A stretch of 64,000 nucleotides of DNA from an uncultured Verrucomicrobiae bacterium (GCA_963762565.1 CAVXLD010000003.1:640001-704000); one strand, 5' to 3'. Shown: positions 18,130-29,483, counted from the first letter of the stretch. Numbers and translations: made by a program. Notes: a model not told the origin generated them from the sequence alone.

Positions 18130-19125
18130 ATGAATAAATTCATGAATGCCCCGGAGAATTTCGTTGCCGAAATGCTCGAGGGGATCGCATTAGCCAATCC
18201 TGACAAGTTGAAGTACCAACCAAAATTCAATTGTATCTATAGAGCAGATCGGCCCAACGATAACTTCGTATCCGTGATTCAGGGCTCAGGCAGCGGTCAT
18301 GAACCGGCGCACGTGATGGCGGTAGGCCCAGGTATGCTGGATGCCGCTTGTCCCGGAAATGTGTTTGCCGCTCCGCCAATGGAGTATGTGCTCGAATGCA
18401 CCCGCCTCATGAACTCCAAGAAAGGCGTTCTGCATCTGATCAACAATTACACGGGTGATCGGGCGGCTTGGGAAATGGCGCGTGAGCTAGCCGAGGCGGA
18501 AGACCTCAAGATCGGGGTGGTACTAGTCAATGACGACGTAGCCGTGATGGATAGCACCTGGACGGTCGGCCGGCGCGGGGTAGCGGGGAATTTCTTTGTC
18601 ATCAAAGCTTGCGGTGCAGCTGCAGCCAAGGGAGCCGAACTCGCGGATCTGGTTAAATTAGGGGAGAAAGTAGTCAGCGTGGTTCGAACGATGGGGGTAG
18701 CGATTACCGGGTGCACTCCGCCTGGTAAAGACAAACCGATCTTCGAACTGGCTGACGGCGAGATGGAGATGGGGGTTGGTATCCACGGCGAAAAAGGCCG
18801 GCGTCGCGCTGCACTGCCGAACGCTGATGCGGTAGTTGATGAGCTTTTCGACGCCGTATCGAAGGATATTCCTTACCAGCGAGGAGACGAGGTTGCCCTC
18901 ATGATAAATGGCCTGGGGGGAACTCCACCCAGCGAGCTGTATCTATTATACCGTCGAGCCGCGCAGCGTTGCGCAGATGCCGGATACAATATCGCGCGAA
19001 ACTACGTAGGAAATTATTGCACATCCTTAGAGATGGCCGGGTTTTCTCTCACCTTGTTGCGCTTGGACGACGAGCTTAAGCAACTCTTGGATGCTCCAGC
19101 CGAAATCGCCGTGAGGATCTTTTAG
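18130..19125 (+). CDS. dhaK: Dihydroxyacetone kinase subunit K
   Basis: GSGSGHEP, NYTGD, GRRGVAG, GVGIHGEKG, TSLEMAGFSLT. Confidence 0.92.
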   Translation: MNKFMNAPENFVAEMLEGIALANPDKLKYQPKFNCIYRADRPNDNFVSVIQGSGSGHEPAHVMAVGPGMLDAACPGNVFAAPPMEYVLECTRLMNSKKGVLHLINNYTGDRAAWEMARELAEAEDLKIGVVLVNDDVAVMDSTWTVGRRGVAGNFFVIKACGAAAAKGAELADLVKLGEKVVSVVRTMGVAITGCTPPGKDKPIFELADGEMEMGVGIHGEKGRRRAALPNADAVVDELFDAVSKDIPYQRGDEVALMINGLGGTPPSELYLLYRRAAQRCADAGYNIARNYVGNYCTSLEMAGFSLTLLRLDDELKQLLDAPAEIAVRIF

Positions 19126-19146
19126 TTCAACAAAACCCAGGGGCTT

Positions 19147-19290
19147 GGAGCTAGAATCTAGGAGCTAGGAGGTGCAGCTGGAACCGCTGTCAGCGAATGA
19201 TATGACCAATGCGAGCTATGCTGCACATGTGTTTTTCGGGTTACTCGGGGGTACTCGTTGAAGGCCATGTCCTCCTAGCTCCTAGCTCCT
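19147..19290. repeat. Heptamer-armed palindrome (GGAGCTA)n/(TAGCTCC)n
   Basis: ggagctagaatctaggagctaggagg ... cctcctagctcctagctcct, between dhaK and fba. Confidence 0.85.
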
Positions 19291-19298
19291 TTCAACTT

Positions 19299-20150
19299 AT
19301 GGCTGTCGTCTCGCTTAAAGAAATCTTAGGGCCTGCTTTTGAAAAACGGTACGGGGTTGGGGCGTTTAACATCGTGGATGATCTGACCATGATGGCGGTT
19401 CTAGACGCAGCGGTTGAGACCAGCTCACCCGTTATTATCCAGGTCTCGGTGAAGACGGTTAAATTCTGGGGAGCGCGATTAATTCGAGAGGCGTTCACGG
19501 AACTAGCCTCTCAACGCCCCATTCCAGCTACTCTCCATCTCGATCACTGTCCGGACGTTGCAATGATCAAAACCTGTCTGAAAGCCGGCTGGAATTCAGC
19601 CCTCTTTGACGCCTCTAATCTTACCTACGAAGAGAATTTGCGTCAGACGAAGGAGGTGGTCGGTTTCGCCAAGAAGCTAGGGGCAGGGGTTGAAGGCGAG
19701 CTGGAAGCGGTGAAAGGCGTTGAAGACGGCGTTGGCGGCGATCTGGAGGGCGAGTTGGTTCCGATCGATAAATGCATCGAGTTCATCGAAGCAACCGGGA
19801 TCGATTGTTTCGCTCCCGCCATTGGCACGGCCCACGGCATGTATTCGACGAAACCGGTGATTAACTTCGATCGAGTCAAAGAGATCACGACCCGAAAGTC
19901 TGTTCCCATCGTTTTACACGGTGGCACCGGGCTATCGGACGATACCTTTCACCGGCTAATACAGAACGGTTGCGCGAAAGTGAACATTTCTACCAAGCTA
20001 AAGATGCAGTTCGCCGACGGATTTCGGAGTTATCTCGAAGGTAAGCCGAAAGAATACGATCCTCTCAAATTGCTGAAATCCGTTCATGAAGGCGTTAAGA
20101 GCATGGCCGCTGGGTTCATGAATATCTTCGGGAGCGCCGGACAAGCGTGA
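19299..20150 (+). CDS. fba: Class II fructose/tagatose-bisphosphate aldolase
   Basis: VGAFN, LHLDH, VEGELE, AIGTAHG, VLHGGTG, KVNIST. Confidence 0.9.
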   Translation: MAVVSLKEILGPAFEKRYGVGAFNIVDDLTMMAVLDAAVETSSPVIIQVSVKTVKFWGARLIREAFTELASQRPIPATLHLDHCPDVAMIKTCLKAGWNSALFDASNLTYEENLRQTKEVVGFAKKLGAGVEGELEAVKGVEDGVGGDLEGELVPIDKCIEFIEATGIDCFAPAIGTAHGMYSTKPVINFDRVKEITTRKSVPIVLHGGTGLSDDTFHRLIQNGCAKVNISTKLKMQFADGFRSYLEGKPKEYDPLKLLKSVHEGVKSMAAGFMNIFGSAGQA

Positions 20151-20157
20151 CGATCCA

Positions 20158-20258
20158 AGATGGCAGATGACAGATTACAAATGACAAATACCGAGCCTTC
20201 CTCGAGGTACGCGTAAAGAGCGAGTCATTTGGCATCTGTCATTTGTGATCTGTCATTC
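20158..20258. repeat. Heptamer-armed palindrome (AGATGAC/AAATGAC)n
   Basis: agatggcagatgacagattacaaatgacaaat ... atttggcatctgtcatttgtgatctgtcattc; same family as 12020-12171. Confidence 0.85.
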
Positions 20259-20265
20259 TAAATGT

Positions 20266-21036
20266 ATGAGGGCGCTGATTTTTGATTGTGACGGAGTGCT
20301 CGCCGACACCGAGCGTCATGGCCACCTGGTTGCGTTCAATCGTATGTGGGAAAAGGCGGGGGTTCCCTGGCGCTGGCATGAGGAACAATATGCTGAAAAG
20401 TTAAAGATTGGCGGCGGCAAAGAGCGCATGCGGGCGCTATTCAGTGAGCCGGCATTTCAGGCGGTCTACCGAGTCCCGAAAGATGAGGCGGCCCAGAAAG
20501 AACTCTTGGCCCAGTGGCATGGGCAAAAGACCGCACTTTATCAGGAGATCATTGCTTCAGGAAGCGTTCCCGGGCGGACGGGAGTCAAACGCCTAGCGGA
20601 GGAGGCATTGGCTGCGGGCTGGTCGCTGGCGGTAGCATCAACCTCGGCGAAACCTTCAGTTGAAGCAGTACTTCGGTTCACTGTTGGCGATACTGTGGCC
20701 TCGCAGTTCAAAGTCTTTGCCGGGGATATTGTCCCAAAGAAAAAGCCGGCTCCGGATATCTATCAGTATGCGTTACGCGAAGTGGGCGTTCCGGCAGATG
20801 GCAGTATAGCGATCGAAGACTCACGTAACGGTTTGTTGGCCGCCGCCGCCGCCGGTATTCGAACCGTGATCACCACAAGTTATTTTACTTGTACTGAGAA
20901 CTTCGACGAGGCGGTGTTAGTGCTCGATTCGTTGGGTGAGCCCGAAGGGAAACCTTGTACGGTTCTGGCGAACCGGACTGGGCGCCGGGTCGGGCCGTTT
21001 CTGAAAGCCAGCGATCTGGACGCGATCATTGGGTGA
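20266..21036 (+). CDS. HAD-superfamily phosphatase (CbbY-like)
   Basis: FDCDGVLADTERHGH, IGGGKERM, KKKPAPDIY, IEDSRNGL. Confidence 0.88.
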   Translation: MRALIFDCDGVLADTERHGHLVAFNRMWEKAGVPWRWHEEQYAEKLKIGGGKERMRALFSEPAFQAVYRVPKDEAAQKELLAQWHGQKTALYQEIIASGSVPGRTGVKRLAEEALAAGWSLAVASTSAKPSVEAVLRFTVGDTVASQFKVFAGDIVPKKKPAPDIYQYALREVGVPADGSIAIEDSRNGLLAAAAAGIRTVITTSYFTCTENFDEAVLVLDSLGEPEGKPCTVLANRTGRRVGPFLKASDLDAIIG

Positions 21037-21075
21037 CGGTAGGGCGCTTTGCGAAGTCGGGTTTTCGCCCTACCG
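21037..21075. terminator. Hairpin between convergent genes; shares the GGTAGGGCG end of repeat family 1
   Basis: CGGTAGGGCG...CGCCCTACCG perfect 10-bp inverted repeat; no U-tract. Confidence 0.45.
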
Positions 21076-21079
21076 GAGC

Positions 21080-22675
21080 CTACCGCCGTTTCACCTTGGC
21101 CAACACTTTGTTAAACAGCGCCCAAGCCTCCGGTACCCGGAACGCGAGTGTTCCGCATAGGTAGAGCGCCCCGTACCAGGGCAACAAAACGATTCCCGCT
21201 ACAAGCGGGTGTCCGGTGAAGAAATGTTTTAAGGGAAAGACGATAGCAGCCGCTAACAGCGCCGAGGCCCATAGACGAGTGGCTAAGCCGGGCGGTAAGG
21301 AGAAATGATCTACCCTTTTTCTGAGAGTGTGGCGCAACAACAAGAACTCGATCCAACCGGCGATACCCGCGGAGGCAGTGAGGCCCGCTAGCCCGAGCTT
21401 GGGATCGAGATGCAACAACTTCGGCAGAGGAAACGCAAAAAGGTAGCCGAGAATAACCGTGAGCACGACTCGTACAGTCGCGAACTTCAGAGGTGTTCGC
21501 GTATCGCGCAGGGCGTAAAAGGTTGAAGAACAAAGCCGGCCGAAGGTCGACGCCAGCAAGCCAACGCCGGAGCCGGCCAGCAACGCCCAGAGATAAAGGA
21601 CATCCTGATGCGTGAAGAGGCCAGTCTGATAGATCACCGCTCCAATGGTGTCACCCAAAGCCAAGAAAGCGGCGGAAGAAGGGATCACAAAAAACGCCAT
21701 CCGGCGCAGGGCAGCGTTTAACCGTTCCGCTAGCGTGCGGCGCAAGTCCTGTTCATCGCTGCCAATAGCGCGAGACATTGCGGGAAGCTCGGCGGCGGAA
21801 ATCGACATCCCGAATAGGCTGATCGGCAACAACGCGATGGTTTGTCCGTTCGTTAAAAGAGCAACCGACCCTGAAGGCAGAAGGCTGGCCAGAAGGTTGT
21901 CGATATAAGCGCTGAGCTGCACAACCCCGCGGCTGATAAACACCGGCCCGAAGCTAGTAAAAACAGTACGGACTTGTTGAGAAGCAAGGTCTAGGGAGAA
22001 ACGAATCCGGCGAGTAACCCGGAAGACCGTGGGTAATTGGACCCCGAGCTGCCCGAAGCAACCTGCGACCGAACCCCAGGCGACCCAAATCGTGAGCTGA
22101 GACAGGGTAGGGACGTCGTGGAAGATCAGGAGCGCCGCAATGATCATGACGTTCCAAACAACCGGCGCCGTGTACGACAGAAAAAAATGACCGTGACTAT
22201 TTAGAATCCCCAGGCACCAGGCGGACAGGACTAGGGCGCCAATCCCAGGAAACATGATGCGAACCAGGGTGACGGTAAGCTCTCTTTTCGCACCGACAAA
22301 ACCGGGAGCGATGGCTTCGATCAGGAATGGCGCCAAAAGGATCCCGAGTAGAACCAAAGTCGAGGTCAGCAGCGCGAGGATAGACCCAATGACACTCGCA
22401 ACTTGATCCGCCTCTTTCTCATCTTTCGCGCCGAGCAGGCGGGCGTAAACCGGGATGAACGATGCCGATAACACCCCTTCACCGAAAAGATTCTGCAGAA
22501 AGTTAGGGATCCGCAACGCTGCGTTAAAGGCATCCGCGGCGTCGGAAATACCCAGGTAGTGGGCAAGCGCGCGCCCGCGGACGAGACCAAGAATCCGGCT
22601 GAGCAAGATTCCCGTGGCAATGAGCACTGCCGGCCGTCCGGAAGGCCTTTCGGTCTTCGCGGCATCTACGGACAT
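21080..22675 (-). CDS. murJ: Lipid II flippase MurJ
   Basis: SRILGLVR, DAFNAALRIPN, GEGVLSASFIPVY, FYALRDTRTP. Confidence 0.95.
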   Translation of the reverse strand: MSVDAAKTERPSGRPAVLIATGILLSRILGLVRGRALAHYLGISDAADAFNAALRIPNFLQNLFGEGVLSASFIPVYARLLGAKDEKEADQVASVIGSILALLTSTLVLLGILLAPFLIEAIAPGFVGAKRELTVTLVRIMFPGIGALVLSAWCLGILNSHGHFFLSYTAPVVWNVMIIAALLIFHDVPTLSQLTIWVAWGSVAGCFGQLGVQLPTVFRVTRRIRFSLDLASQQVRTVFTSFGPVFISRGVVQLSAYIDNLLASLLPSGSVALLTNGQTIALLPISLFGMSISAAELPAMSRAIGSDEQDLRRTLAERLNAALRRMAFFVIPSSAAFLALGDTIGAVIYQTGLFTHQDVLYLWALLAGSGVGLLASTFGRLCSSTFYALRDTRTPLKFATVRVVLTVILGYLFAFPLPKLLHLDPKLGLAGLTASAGIAGWIEFLLLRHTLRKRVDHFSLPPGLATRLWASALLAAAIVFPLKHFFTGHPLVAGIVLLPWYGALYLCGTLAFRVPEAWALFNKVLAKVKRR

Positions 22676-22691
22676 ATTTGGACCGTAACGG

Positions 22692-22761
22692 GATATCGGC
22701 GTGTGGGCGTATTGGCGTACACGCTCCCGACATAAGGGAGGAGTTCAAGGAGTTCAAGGAG
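22692..22761. repeat. Short octamer (GTRTSGGC) and nonamer (GGAGTTCAA) tandem blocks
   Basis: gatatcggcgtgtgggcgtattggcgta and ggagttcaaggagttcaaggag, directly abutting the family 2 element. Confidence 0.7.
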
Positions 22762-22764
22762 CGC

Positions 22765-23051
22765 TTGGAGGGGAGCCGCTTTGGGACCTGCCTCCACGAC
22801 CCGCAAAACTTGTTCCGCAAAGCGCCGAAACCGGAGACCGTGAAAGCAGGCGGCTCCCGCGAATTACCCAGGGTTGTGCTTTTCAGGCGTGTGCTCTGCT
22901 CAGGCCCGATGAGTTGCAGGTGCGCCACCGAGGTGCCAAACGTTGGGTTATTCCCGGGAGCCGCCTGTTTACTGTATTTTGCGACTTCACCCACGCAGCC
23001 AGAAATTTTGCCAGGGCGGCAGGTCCACGGGCCAAAGCGGCTCCCCTCCAA
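22765..23051. repeat. REP-doublet-like palindrome, family 2, copy a
   Basis: 20-bp perfect inverted repeat TTGGAGGGGAGCCGCTTTGG; inner CAGGCGGCTCCCGCGAATTACCCA / TGGGTTATTCCCGGGAGCCGCCTG. Confidence 0.9.
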
Positions 23052-23630
23052 TCAGGGGCAGGCGCTAGGTTCGGGTGGGCGCTCTTTTCTTTTTCGAAAA
23101 ACCATGAAGGCGGTTGTGCCGCCGCCCGAGACTAGCGCAACCAGCGCTATAACCCATCTCAGTCCAAAGACGGCTAAGAATGGCGGTCCGAACACGGCGA
23201 AAAGGCTGAATATAAGCAGGAGCCATCCCAGTGCTCCAATCATGGTTACCACCAAGAAGCGCCTCGTCGGGTACCTCATCAGACCGGATACTACTAAGAG
23301 GGCGGTTCGCGTTCCCAGAACCAGCCGGCTAAAAATGAGCGCGAACCCGCCAAACCTGGTGAACCATCTCGAGGCTGACTCGACTTTTTCCCGAGAGACG
23401 AGGCTGCGGCCCCACCGTGAGTCGAGCGCCCTGGCGCCCCCGGTCTTTACCAGTAAATAAATGGTAAAATCGCTACTCCACATCCCGAGGAAACAAGCGA
23501 GGAAAGCTTGCCAGGCAGGGACTACTCCATTTAGAGCTAGCAAAGCGCCACTAACGACCGCCGAATCTTCCTGCAACATGACTGTAAAGAACAATCCGGT
23601 GAGGATGGCGATACTAGCGGGTTCGTGCAT
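23052..23630 (-). CDS. DedA/VTT-domain membrane protein
   Basis: QEDSAVVSGALL, GMWSSDFTIY, FSRLVLGTR. Start uncertain. Confidence 0.8.
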   Translation of the reverse strand: MHEPASIAILTGLFFTVMLQEDSAVVSGALLALNGVVPAWQAFLACFLGMWSSDFTIYLLVKTGGARALDSRWGRSLVSREKVESASRWFTRFGGFALIFSRLVLGTRTALLVVSGLMRYPTRRFLVVTMIGALGWLLLIFSLFAVFGPPFLAVFGLRWVIALVALVSGGGTTAFMVFRKRKERPPEPSACP

Positions 23631-23767
23631 TTTAAAAAGCGGCGGCGAAATTAAAGTTGAATTCAAATCAAAAACGAGGGATGCCAAGATCCAGAAAAAA
23701 GACCGACCATCCTGAAATCCGACCTTCTATAACGCCCCGATCTTCATCCAAGTAAAGAAAACACCTC

Positions 23768-24442
23768 ATGATGTGCTCAAAAAGCAAAGCCCAATTGGTA
23801 CTGGTCGCCTTCGCCGGTCTCGCCCTTTTCCCTTACCTACCGAAAGCGATGGCGGGGAGCGCCACGATCTCTGAATCCCCGAGTAAAGCCGTCGTCACTG
23901 GGCCAACTCAGAACGAGGATTTCATCACCGGCGGGCAATGGGACGTGATTGTTGCTGATGGATTTTACAGCATGGCAGCGTGGCCGAGAATACGTCACCC
24001 CCTCTATAGCTTCAATGAGACTGACCTGCAGCTAGGTTATATGTTTCCGGTGTGGGGCAACTACTTTTACCGGGGCAATTTTGAAGGACTTGCGCATCTC
24101 TTTCTTTGGGAATCAACCCGCGAGCATTCGGGGATTCTTGGCGGCGGCGCGCTGGATGTGCACTATAACTTCATTCAGCCGGGCTGGCGGCTGGTTCCTT
24201 ACATCGGCGCCAGCTTAGGAATTAGTGGAAACGATCTTTACGTTCAGCAGAGTCAGAATATCATCGGCGGACCGTTTGAATTCACCCTACAGGGGAAAGT
24301 GGGCGCCCGCTACTTCATGAATAAGAATTGGGGTTTTCTGATTGAGGGCGGATACCAGCATGTTTCCAACGACGACATCTATCGCCGCAACGTTGGTGTC
24401 AATCAGACCGGCGGTCGGTTTGGGATTTTTTGTACTTTCTAG
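23768..24442 (+). CDS. PagL-like outer-membrane acyloxyacyl hydrolase
   Basis: Signal peptide, VPYIGASLG, YQHVSN catalytic motif, RNVGVN, terminal Phe. Confidence 0.75.
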   Translation: MMCSKSKAQLVLVAFAGLALFPYLPKAMAGSATISESPSKAVVTGPTQNEDFITGGQWDVIVADGFYSMAAWPRIRHPLYSFNETDLQLGYMFPVWGNYFYRGNFEGLAHLFLWESTREHSGILGGGALDVHYNFIQPGWRLVPYIGASLGISGNDLYVQQSQNIIGGPFEFTLQGKVGARYFMNKNWGFLIEGGYQHVSNDDIYRRNVGVNQTGGRFGIFCTF

Positions 24443-24492
24443 GCGCTGGGACGGTGTAGCAGAGAGGGGTATTGCGCACGTGGGGCCAGCCA

Positions 24493-24570
24493 CGGATAGG
24501 ACTTATGGGACCTATAGGACCTATGGGACTGGCGTATATGCGCCCTCCTAGCTCCTAGATTCTAGCTCCT
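24493..24570. repeat. Nonamer (GGACCTATR)n block plus heptamer (CTAGCTC)n block
   Basis: cggataggacttatgggacctataggacctatgggac; ctagctcctagattctagctcc overlaps the stop of the next gene. Confidence 0.8.
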
Positions 24571-25504
24571 CTTTCCTGTGCTGTAGCAGCGCGCGATTGC
24601 GGCGAGCGATAACGGCGGCGGCTCGTTCTTCCGGCCAGGGATAGAAACCTTCGCCGGAACGTAGTCCGGTCTTACCGGCTGCGACTTTTTCTTTCATCAA
24701 TTGGAGGACGTCTTCGTCTTTTGCCAGCAACGGCATTAGATAGCTCGCAATGGTAAAGAACGTATCCAGTCCGCCGAGGTCCGCTGTTTCAATCGGGCCG
24801 ACCACCGAATAACGCGGTCCGAGCGAGGCCTTCATAGCGGTATCAACGGCTTCCGGGGTCGCTGCCCCAGAGCGGACGATGGCGAGAGCCTCGCGCAGTA
24901 CTGCGTACTGAAGGCGATTGCCGATAAAGCCCGGGATTTCCTTTGCCACCAATACCGGATCAGTCTTAACCGCGCGGAGAAATTCTAGGACCTTCTCGGT
25001 TACCTCTGGTTTGGTCGCCGGATTCGGTACGACCTCGACCAACGGGATCGCATGGGGCGGGTTCCAGAAATGAACCACGAGAAATCGTTCAGGATGGCGG
25101 AAGGGCCGGCAAAGCCCGGAAGGAAGCAGACCCGATGTGTTGCTGCCGATGATCGTGGAGGTAGAAACGATTTGTTCTAGCACGATGTACAATGCGTGTT
25201 TGGCTTCCAGATTTTCATAAATCGCTTCCAGGATCAGCTCGCTTTCTTTGCATGCCTCCAACTCAGGCGTGCAAACAACTCTTGCGGCGACAGTTTCCGG
25301 ATTTTCGTCGATTAGCTCGGCCGATAAAAGTTCAGCGGCGATCCCGCGAACCCTGCCTCGGGATTCGTCCAGCCGCCGCTGATCAGTGTCGATCAGAGTG
25401 ACCTTCACTTTGGCCGCCGCGAACACCGCCGCGATGCCCGTGCCCATCAGGCCTGAGCCGATAACCGAAGCCGTTGAAAAGACTGGACTGGAAGACTGTG
25501 ACAT
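24548..25504 (-). CDS. 3-hydroxyacyl-CoA dehydrogenase family protein
   Basis: GSGLMGTGIA, EAIYENLEAK, SNTSGL, HFWNPP, PGFIGNRLQ. Confidence 0.9.
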   Translation of the reverse strand: MSQSSSPVFSTASVIGSGLMGTGIAAVFAAAKVKVTLIDTDQRRLDESRGRVRGIAAELLSAELIDENPETVAARVVCTPELEACKESELILEAIYENLEAKHALYIVLEQIVSTSTIIGSNTSGLLPSGLCRPFRHPERFLVVHFWNPPHAIPLVEVVPNPATKPEVTEKVLEFLRAVKTDPVLVAKEIPGFIGNRLQYAVLREALAIVRSGAATPEAVDTAMKASLGPRYSVVGPIETADLGGLDTFFTIASYLMPLLAKDEDVLQLMKEKVAAGKTGLRSGEGFYPWPEERAAAVIARRNRALLQHRKEELESRS

Positions 25505-25519
25505 AGCCGAGGTTTGACT

Positions 25520-25749
25520 GAAAAATCTCACGCAAAGACGCAAAGACGCAAAGAAAAGAGAGTGAAAGGTGAAACGTAACGTGCAGCCGCGTTAGCGAGT
25601 ATGGGTGGGCGCTCCGCTCCGCACCTTATCACAGGACGCACTAGTTCCCGAAGGTGATACGCGATTACGTTTTGGGTGTCTTTGAGATCTTCTGTGAAAA
25701 TCTTCTCCGTTTTGACTTTGCGCCTTTGCGTCTTTGCGTGAGATTTTTC
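25520..25749. repeat. Octamer-armed palindrome (ACGCAAAG)n/(CTTTGCGT)n in a divergent intergenic region
   Basis: GAAAAATCTCACGCAAAGACGCAAAG / CTTTGCGTCTTTGCGTGAGATTTTTC, a perfect 26-bp inverted repeat. Confidence 0.9.
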
Positions 25750-25829
25750 TTTGCCTTTTTGGTTCCGGCTCTGTCGCGCTATTTGATCTCTGGATTTTCC
25801 ATCTCCGGAATCTGGGTTCACAATAGACG

Positions 25830-28800
25830 ATGTCCGCCGACTCTGACCGCTGGCAATTCTGGATCGATCGAGGAGGAACGTTCACCGACATTGTCGCGTG
25901 TTCGCCCGATGGGCGGATCTTGTCCTCCAAATTGTTATCCGAAAACCCGGAGCAATATACAGACGCTTCGGTAGAAGGAATCCGGCGGATGCTTGGTCTG
26001 CAGCGCAATGAACTGATTCCGGCGGAGAAGATCGCGTCGGTTAAGCTAGGCACAACCGTGGCGACCAATGCCCTGCTTGAGCGGAAAGGCGAGCCCACAG
26101 TGTTAGTGATCACTCGCGGGCTGGCGGACGTGCTGAGAATCGGGACACAGCAACGGCCTAGACTCTTTGACCTCAACATTGTTTTACCCGAACCACTCTA
26201 CGAAAAGGTTGTCGAGGTTGATGGACGTTTTTCGGCTGAAGGTAAAGAACTCGAGGCGCTTAATCTGATTGCCGTTGGCGACTCGCTTAAGCAAGCCCTC
26301 TCAGAAGGTATTCGCGCCGCTGCTATTGTCTGTGTGCATGGATACCGTTATCCGCAGCATGAGCAAGCCATCGCTCGCCTTGCTCGCGAGCTCGGATTTT
26401 CCCAAGTATCGACCAGCCACGAAACCAGTCAGCTGATCAACCTAGTGAATCGGGGCGATACCACTGTGGTAGATGCCTATCTTTCGCCTGTACTTGGCAG
26501 ATACGTCGACGGACTGCGTCAGGCACTCCCAGGGATCCCCTTATTTTTTATGCAGTCGAACGGCGGGCTTATTGATGCTGCTCGCTTTCAAGGCAAGAAT
26601 TCTATTCTATCCGGGCCGGCCGGAGGAATTGTCGGAGCAGTCAAAGTGGCTGATCGGGCCGGCATTAATCGGGTAATCGCCTTTGATATGGGTGGCACGT
26701 CGACGGACGTTACCCATTTTGCGGGTGAGTTTGAACGCCGGTTCGAGACGGAAGTCGCGGGGGTGAGGATTTGCGTTCCCATGATGCACATCTACACGGT
26801 GGCAGCCGGAGGCGGCTCAATCTGCTGGTTTGACGGTGGCCGATTGAGCGTTGGTCCGGAAAGCGCCGGAGCCAACCCTGGGCCGGCGGCTTATCGCCGG
26901 GGCGGCCCTCTTACGGTGACAGATTGTAATGTGATGTTGGGACGGCTGCCGCCGACTTTTTTTCCAAAAATCTTTGGTCCCAGCGGCGACTTACCTCTTG
27001 ATAAGGATCGAGTCGCTGAGGCGTTCCGTGAGCTCAGCGCCCAGATCAAGGCGAGTTCGCACAAGTCGCTAAAACCCGAAGAACTAGCCGGCGGTTTTCT
27101 CCGGATCGCTGTGGAGAACATGGCAAACGCGATTAAAAAGATTTCGGTGGCAAGGGGTTACGATGTCACCCAGTACACGCTGGTTACGTTCGGTGGAGCG
27201 GGGGGCCAGCATGCCTGCGCGGTGGCAGACGCGTTGCGGATGGAGCGGGTGTTGATCCATCCGCTGGCGGGAGTCTTGTCCGCGTACGGCATTGGTCTAG
27301 CCGAACTTCGATCTCTTCGTGAATCGTCCGTGGAACGGCTGTTGGACCAGGAAGGCGTGGTCGAGGCCGAACGAATATTGGCTGGCTTGGAAGCAGAAGC
27401 CCAGCAAGAGTTGCAGTTTCAACACTCCGAAACAGAAAGAGTTCTTCGGAGATTTCATCTCCGTTACCGGGGGACGAACACTGCTATAGCGGTCGAGGGG
27501 GATGGTATTCCCGCCATGACAGAAGCGTTTCGGGCAGCCCATCAATCTCGCTTTGGCTTCACGATGGATCCCAACGAACGGGGGCTGGTAATCGCTGCCG
27601 TATCCGTGGAAGCGATCGGTAGGACTTCGGCGGGGGTTCGAAGAGCTCAGTCGAGTCTATCGGTCAGCATCGCAGGCGTTGCGCATTCTACGGGTGGGCA
27701 CCCCGCCGGCCTCGCAAGCGAGGCGCGCTCCACGAATGTGATGTTCGCTGGTAGGTGGCAGCCCACGCCCGTCTTCAATCGCGAAGAGCTCGGCGCCGGC
27801 TCGAAGATCGTGGGGCCAGCGTTAATTATCGAACCAACCACGGGTACCGTGATCGAGCCCGGTTGGCAGGGAGAAATCACCGAGGAACTAGACCTTTTGC
27901 TCACGCGGACGGTTCCCCGGCCAATGCGCACTGCTATTAGTACCGAGGTAGATCCCGTTCTACTCGAGGTATTTAACAATCTTTTCATGTCGATTGCGGA
28001 ACAAATGGGGCTGGTTCTGCAAAACTCTGCTTACTCTGTTAACATCAAGGAACGCCTCGATTTCTCGTGCGCCTTATTCGATGCCGAAGGCAGGCTGGTA
28101 GCGAACGCACCACATATTCCCGTTCACCTGGGATCGATGGGTGAAGCCGTGCGTTGGATCATTCGGCGACGGGGCGATACAGTTCGCAAGGGCGATGTGT
28201 TCGCCCTCAACGACCCATTCGCGGGCGGCACCCATCTACCCGACATTACGGTGGTTACACCTTTCTTCGCTTCGGATGACCGGCCCGCCTTTTGGTTGGC
28301 CAGCCGCGGGCATCACGCCGACATCGGCGGCATTACTCCTGGATCAATGCCGCCGGACAGCAAAAGCATCGACGAAGAAGGGATCCGCATTACCGATTTT
28401 CTCCTGGTCGAGCAAGGCCATTTTCGTGAGCGAGAGTTAATCGAATTGCTGGCACGCGGTCCCTACCCAGCTCGTAATACTCCGCAAAACATCGGGGATC
28501 TTCATGCCCAGATCGCAGCCAACGAAAAAGGCGGAAGTGAGCTCGCCGTGTTGGTTAAGCAGTTTGGTCTCAACGGGGTTCAGGCATACATGAACCATGT
28601 CCGAGCCAACGCGGCCGAACAGGTGCGGCGGGTGATCGATTGTCTCAAACCGGGTCGTTTCGTGCAGCGTATGGATTCGGGAGCAGAGATTCATGTACGT
28701 ATCAACGTCGATCTCACGGAACGTCGGGCGGAGATCGATTTCACCGGTACGTCCGCTCAGAGAGCCGATAATTTCAATGCCCCAACCGCGATTGTTAATG

Positions 28801-29483
28801 CGGTCGTACTTTATGTTTTCCGTACGCTGATAAAAGAAGAGATCCCTTTGAACGACGGCTGCTTAGACGCTTTGGCGATTTTTGTGCCGCAGGGATCAAT
28901 GCTGGCTCCGGAGCCGCCCGCGGCTGTGGTTGCCGGAAACGTCGAAACTTCGCAAGCCGTGGCTAACGCACTTTACGGTGCGCTTGGTGTAATGGCCGCG
29001 GGTCAGGGAACAATGAATAATCTGACTTTTGGCAACGATCGGTATCAGTATTATGAGACGATCGGGGGCGGGGCAGGGGCGGGACCCGATTTCCCGGGTG
29101 CTTCTGCGGTCCACACGCACATGACCAACACCCGGCTAACTGATGCAGAAGTGTTAGAGCTCCGGTACCCGGTAATATTAGAAGCATTCCAAATCCGGCA
29201 TAACTCCGGCGGGGACGGCCATTGGCGTGGAGGCGACGGTATCATTCGCAAGCTGCGATTCCGTGAACCGATGAAGGTGGCGATCTTGGCTAACCATCGA
29301 GTTGTACCGCCGGTTGGTCTCGAAGGCGGTAATTCGGGCGAGGTCGGCAAGACCTCTATTTTGAGAAAGGACGGCACTGTAGAAATCCTGAGTAGCTGTG
29401 ACCAACGCGATGTGGCGGCTGGCGATGCAATCTTGGTGGAAACACCGGGAGGAGGAGGATGGGGCGTGAGGGGTGAAACGTGA
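25830..29483 (+). CDS. Fused hydantoinase A+B / ATP-dependent 5-oxoprolinase
   Basis: [68 protein letters not shown]. Confidence 0.93.
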   Translation: MSADSDRWQFWIDRGGTFTDIVACSPDGRILSSKLLSENPEQYTDASVEGIRRMLGLQRNELIPAEKIASVKLGTTVATNALLERKGEPTVLVITRGLADVLRIGTQQRPRLFDLNIVLPEPLYEKVVEVDGRFSAEGKELEALNLIAVGDSLKQALSEGIRAAAIVCVHGYRYPQHEQAIARLARELGFSQVSTSHETSQLINLVNRGDTTVVDAYLSPVLGRYVDGLRQALPGIPLFFMQSNGGLIDAARFQGKNSILSGPAGGIVGAVKVADRAGINRVIAFDMGGTSTDVTHFAGEFERRFETEVAGVRICVPMMHIYTVAAGGGSICWFDGGRLSVGPESAGANPGPAAYRRGGPLTVTDCNVMLGRLPPTFFPKIFGPSGDLPLDKDRVAEAFRELSAQIKASSHKSLKPEELAGGFLRIAVENMANAIKKISVARGYDVTQYTLVTFGGAGGQHACAVADALRMERVLIHPLAGVLSAYGIGLAELRSLRESSVERLLDQEGVVEAERILAGLEAEAQQELQFQHSETERVLRRFHLRYRGTNTAIAVEGDGIPAMTEAFRAAHQSRFGFTMDPNERGLVIAAVSVEAIGRTSAGVRRAQSSLSVSIAGVAHSTGGHPAGLASEARSTNVMFAGRWQPTPVFNREELGAGSKIVGPALIIEPTTGTVIEPGWQGEITEELDLLLTRTVPRPMRTAISTEVDPVLLEVFNNLFMSIAEQMGLVLQNSAYSVNIKERLDFSCALFDAEGRLVANAPHIPVHLGSMGEAVRWIIRRRGDTVRKGDVFALNDPFAGGTHLPDITVVTPFFASDDRPAFWLASRGHHADIGGITPGSMPPDSKSIDEEGIRITDFLLVEQGHFRERELIELLARGPYPARNTPQNIGDLHAQIAANEKGGSELAVLVKQFGLNGVQAYMNHVRANAAEQVRRVIDCLKPGRFVQRMDSGAEIHVRINVDLTERRAEIDFTGTSAQRADNFNAPTAIVNAVVLYVFRTLIKEEIPLNDGCLDALAIFVPQGSMLAPEPPAAVVAGNVETSQAVANALYGALGVMAAGQGTMNNLTFGNDRYQYYETIGGGAGAGPDFPGASAVHTHMTNTRLTDAEVLELRYPVILEAFQIRHNSGGDGHWRGGDGIIRKLRFREPMKVAILANHRVVPPVGLEGGNSGEVGKTSILRKDGTVEILSSCDQRDVAAGDAILVETPGGGGWGVRGET

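Noticed and set aside
22678..23460. 260-aa ORF and other ORFs spanning repeat regions (e.g. 1640-2242, 9124-9615, 15966-16445)
   Set aside because: They are composed of translated palindromes or lie antisense to real genes, with no family motifs.
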